Shown here one piece after another: positions 61,617 through 64,000 of a stretch of 64,000 nucleotides of DNA. Numbering within the stretch: position 1 is the stretch's first letter; each line of letters opens with the position of its first letter. The notes below the pieces were generated by a model that did no database searches, was not told where the DNA came from, and worked only from the letters and a program-made list of their open reading frames with translations. The translations under genes were made by a program, and so were the position numbers. This stretch comes from a virus: IMG/VR virus record IMGVR_UViG_3300025030_000051, positions 32,001 through 96,000 of that record; one strand, 5' to 3'.

Positions 61617-61889
61617 TTATTCAATTATTATATCAATAATTGTATCTTCAGAAACACAACTTTCTAGTCCGTTTATTTCTGTAATTCTTCCAACAGGAAT
61701 TCCACCGTTTCTTCTATTTGATATTACCATATCCATGATTGGGTCTCCAATCGAGACCCAATCTGTAATGTCTGATGGATTCCATTCTGGATTATCAAGA
61801 AAATATGCACTAAAAGGACTTTCAGAAGAATTTATAACATTATATACTGAAGAAATTAATTCATCATGAATTTCACTTTTTTTCTTCAT
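61617..61889 (-). CDS. uvsX: RecA/UvsX N-terminal fragment with 13-aa IntN
   Basis: WVSIG..MDMVIS..GGIPVGRITEINGLES|CVSEDTIIDIIIE*. Confidence 0.9.
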   Translation of the reverse strand: MKKKSEIHDELISSVYNVINSSESPFSAYFLDNPEWNPSDITDWVSIGDPIMDMVISNRRNGGIPVGRITEINGLESCVSEDTIIDIIIE

Positions 61890-61891
61890 TT

Positions 61892-62668
61892 TTATTTCTT
61901 AGGAAATAATTTATCAAAAGCTGCAGATGCTTTATCGACATCTTCATTTTTTACTTCTTCTTCATCATTACTATTATTTGAAATTTCTTTTTCTTCCTTA
62001 CTATTTTTGTTCTTTAACCAATTTTCTAGAATATCTTTCAGTTCGTCATATTCCAATTCTTTATAGATATCATTGATATTTTTTTGTTCATCAAGATATT
62101 TTTTAATTAATTCTTCAGAGTCTGAAAGTGGACTGGTATTTCTTTTTGTTCTAATTGAAGTTTTACCAAAATTGTTTCCTGCCTCTTCTGGAGTTTGATA
62201 AGTTATTACTAAATCAGTTCCATTATTTATATCAGAAATATCACCGTAATCTGGATCTGACATAATTTTTAGAATTTCTTCATAAGTAGTTTTACCAAAT
62301 TGCCAAAATCTTATTCCCTCATCTTCCTCACTTCTTACTAAAACTGGAACAAATATTCTCATTTTGGCTCTTAATGTTCTGCTTAGTGCATAATCATTTT
62401 TATCTCCAGTTGCAGCTAGTTTATCAGCAAACTTTTCAAAGGGGTCTGGATTTCCAAAGGACTTTGGGGAAATATAATTTTTATTGTCTATACCATAGTG
62501 GAAAAATAATTCTATAAAAGGATACTCGGCGTGTTTATATGGAACTATTCTTACTGTGTGTTCTCCTGTAGGCTTCCACATCCCAGAAGTTCTCTGAGAT
62601 GAATCTTGTAACCCTTTGAGTGTTTTTCGAACTTTATCTAAAAGTTCTTTGTGAGATCTTGTCTTCAT
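61892..62668 (-). CDS. gp32-like single-stranded DNA-binding protein
   Basis: WKP..VRIVP..FHY..WQFGK..YGDISD..GTD; acidic tail ending FDKLF. Confidence 0.85.
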   Translation of the reverse strand: MKTRSHKELLDKVRKTLKGLQDSSQRTSGMWKPTGEHTVRIVPYKHAEYPFIELFFHYGIDNKNYISPKSFGNPDPFEKFADKLAATGDKNDYALSRTLRAKMRIFVPVLVRSEEDEGIRFWQFGKTTYEEILKIMSDPDYGDISDINNGTDLVITYQTPEEAGNNFGKTSIRTKRNTSPLSDSEELIKKYLDEQKNINDIYKELEYDELKDILENWLKNKNSKEEKEISNNSNDEEEVKNEDVDKASAAFDKLFPKK

Positions 62669-62772
62669 TTTTTATTACTCCCATTATTTAATGTTTAATA
62701 ATTTATTAGTTATCAGTTAATATTTTAATGCATAACCAAATAACCAATTTTTAATAAATATAAAAAAAAATT

Positions 62773-63174
62773 CTACAATTCAACTATTTTAAGTAATTTA
62801 GTATTAATTTTTTTGAATTCATTGTTGTCTATAACTAATATTGAATTTGAATAATTATTCCAGTCAACTAAAAATTTTTTATCTAATATTCCATCGTTAA
62901 GTAGAGTAATAAGATGATTCAAAGCATTTATAGTATAGAGAGTATTGGAAATCTTTTTCCTGTGAACTGAAATTGTATTTATAGGAATAGTTTCAACTTT
63001 GATTTCTTTTGAGCTGTCTATATTATAGCTACAGATTAGTTTATTATTCTCATTAACACTCTGTAAAATAAATATTTTATCAAATAGAATTGTATAAGAA
63101 CTTTTAATAGATTCAACTATTTTATCTAAATTCTTACTGTCTGTAAATGTTATTAGTAATTGAGAAGTAAACAT
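62773..63174 (-). CDS. Conserved phage hypothetical protein
   Basis: SQLLITF..ISVHRKK.SNTLYTINALN. Confidence 0.7.
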   Translation of the reverse strand: MFTSQLLITFTDSKNLDKIVESIKSSYTILFDKIFILQSVNENNKLICSYNIDSSKEIKVETIPINTISVHRKKISNTLYTINALNHLITLLNDGILDKKFLVDWNNYSNSILVIDNNEFKKINTKLLKIVEL

Positions 63175-63388
63175 TTAGTTTTATAATGTCAACATTTATT
63201 AATAATTTTTACGCGATATTTCTTATTATCATATTCAAATTCTTCTATACCTCTATTATTCTTAGCAGAAGCAATTGCTTTACTAAGAATTTTGGCTCCG
63301 CTGTAAGAATTAACTAATTTTTTAGCTACACCTTTTATAGGAGCTGCCATACAATTTCCTTTTTATCATTTTATAATAAATATATAAA

Positions 63389-64000
63389 TTATACAATTTT
63401 TATTAAGTTTTCATAATCTTTTCCATATAATATAGAAACAGGAAATTTATGATCTTGTTCAATTATGTCCTTGATTTTTAAAATAAAATCTTTTCCATCA
63501 TTTAAATTAAAGTCAATAAGTACTGAATCATAAATATATAATACAGTTTTTGATTCATAGTTTTCCATAAATTCGTATAATTTATCGAGCATTATCATAT
63601 TGTTCTCAGTTTCATATGCCTGTAAGTAATAATTAAAGAGTTTATTTGGAGTAATATTTTTAATGTTACTAATTTTCTTTTTGAATAATCTAGTTTCTGT
63701 GTAACTATTTTCTTTATAAAATCTATATAGTTCGGTGATAAATTTTTGTGTCTTATAAAAAAATGGAATACTTAAAAATTCTTCCGGAATATTACCATAA
63801 ATAATTTCAAATAAAAGTTGTTTAGATTGTTTATATTCTTCTTCTGTTAAATCATCTTTATTGAAAAATATTTTGCCTAAAACTTTATAAGGATGTTCTT
63901 TAAATTTTTCACCAATAATATCAGCAATTAAATAGAAATGATATGCGTTATAATCTATTAACAATAAATAACCACTGTCGCTAAATCGACTTATAAAATG
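63389..64000 (-). CDS. Family A DNA polymerase-like protein, C-terminal part (start lies beyond the window)
   Basis: Frame open to the window end; IDYNAYH (motif A-like), KQLLFEIIYG (B-like), NYYLQAYE, LYIYDSVLIDF (C-like). Confidence 0.78.
   Translation of the reverse strand, partial: HFISRFSDSGYLLLIDYNAYHFYLIADIIGEKFKEHPYKVLGKIFFNKDDLTEEEYKQSKQLLFEIIYGNIPEEFLSIPFFYKTQKFITELYRFYKENSYTETRLFKKKISNIKNITPNKLFNYYLQAYETENNMIMLDKLYEFMENYESKTVLYIYDSVLIDFNLNDGKDFILKIKDIIEQDHKFPVSILYGKDYENLIKIV

Noticed and set aside
50508-61889. Group I introns explaining the split genes
   Set aside because: Breaks fall inside intein sequences, each half has its own start and stop, and the flanking gaps are too short for a ribozyme core
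724-62066. All + strand ORFs in the track
   Set aside because: Short antisense shadows of - strand genes with no recognisable motifs
54537-63383. ATATTTAT promoter-like motif on the - strand (54537, 61594, 62754, 63376)
   Set aside because: Plausible phage promoter, but an all-AT 8-mer is expected many times by chance at this composition; enrichment could not be tested
1-64000. tRNA or rRNA genes
   Set aside because: No cloverleaf/T-loop signatures or GC-rich RNA-like stretches seen by eye

Overview
Very AT-rich segment of a large dsDNA (jumbo/huge-type) phage genome. Essentially all credible genes are on the - strand, use the standard code (TAG is a normal stop elsewhere) and are tightly packed. 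Three modules are present. (1) ~1-29 kb: a glycan/nucleotide-sugar module (carbamoyltransferase, GT10, GT2 x2, GT4 x2, CgeB-type GT, DegT aminotransferase, Gfo/Idh/MocA dehydrogenase, two hexapeptide acetyltransferases, epimerase, methyltransferases, cupin), interleaved with small hypothetical ORFs and three paralogous Zn-repeat Vsr/DUF559-type endonucleases. (2) ~32-45 kb: a putative DNA hypermodification cluster (Nmad1/DUF1599, dCMP deaminase fusion, two divergent ThyX-fold proteins, UDG-like, dNMP kinase, T4-BGT-like glycosyltransferase, epimerase, dNTPase-HAD fusion, UGM-like flavoprotein) surrounding a DnaE polymerase. (3) ~46-64 kb: replication/recombination genes, in which NrdJ, the gp41/DnaB-like helicase and UvsX/RecA are each fractured by a split intein with an intervening ORF; two are atypically split, one with a 13-aa IntN. 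The most unusual signal is at 29038-29155: a GT4 gene with an in-frame CUA-UAG-CUA whose UAG closes an 86-nt, 31/36-paired mRNA hairpin, a candidate programmed ribosomal stop-hop (translational bypass) element. Family calls come from motif recognition only; no database searches were run.
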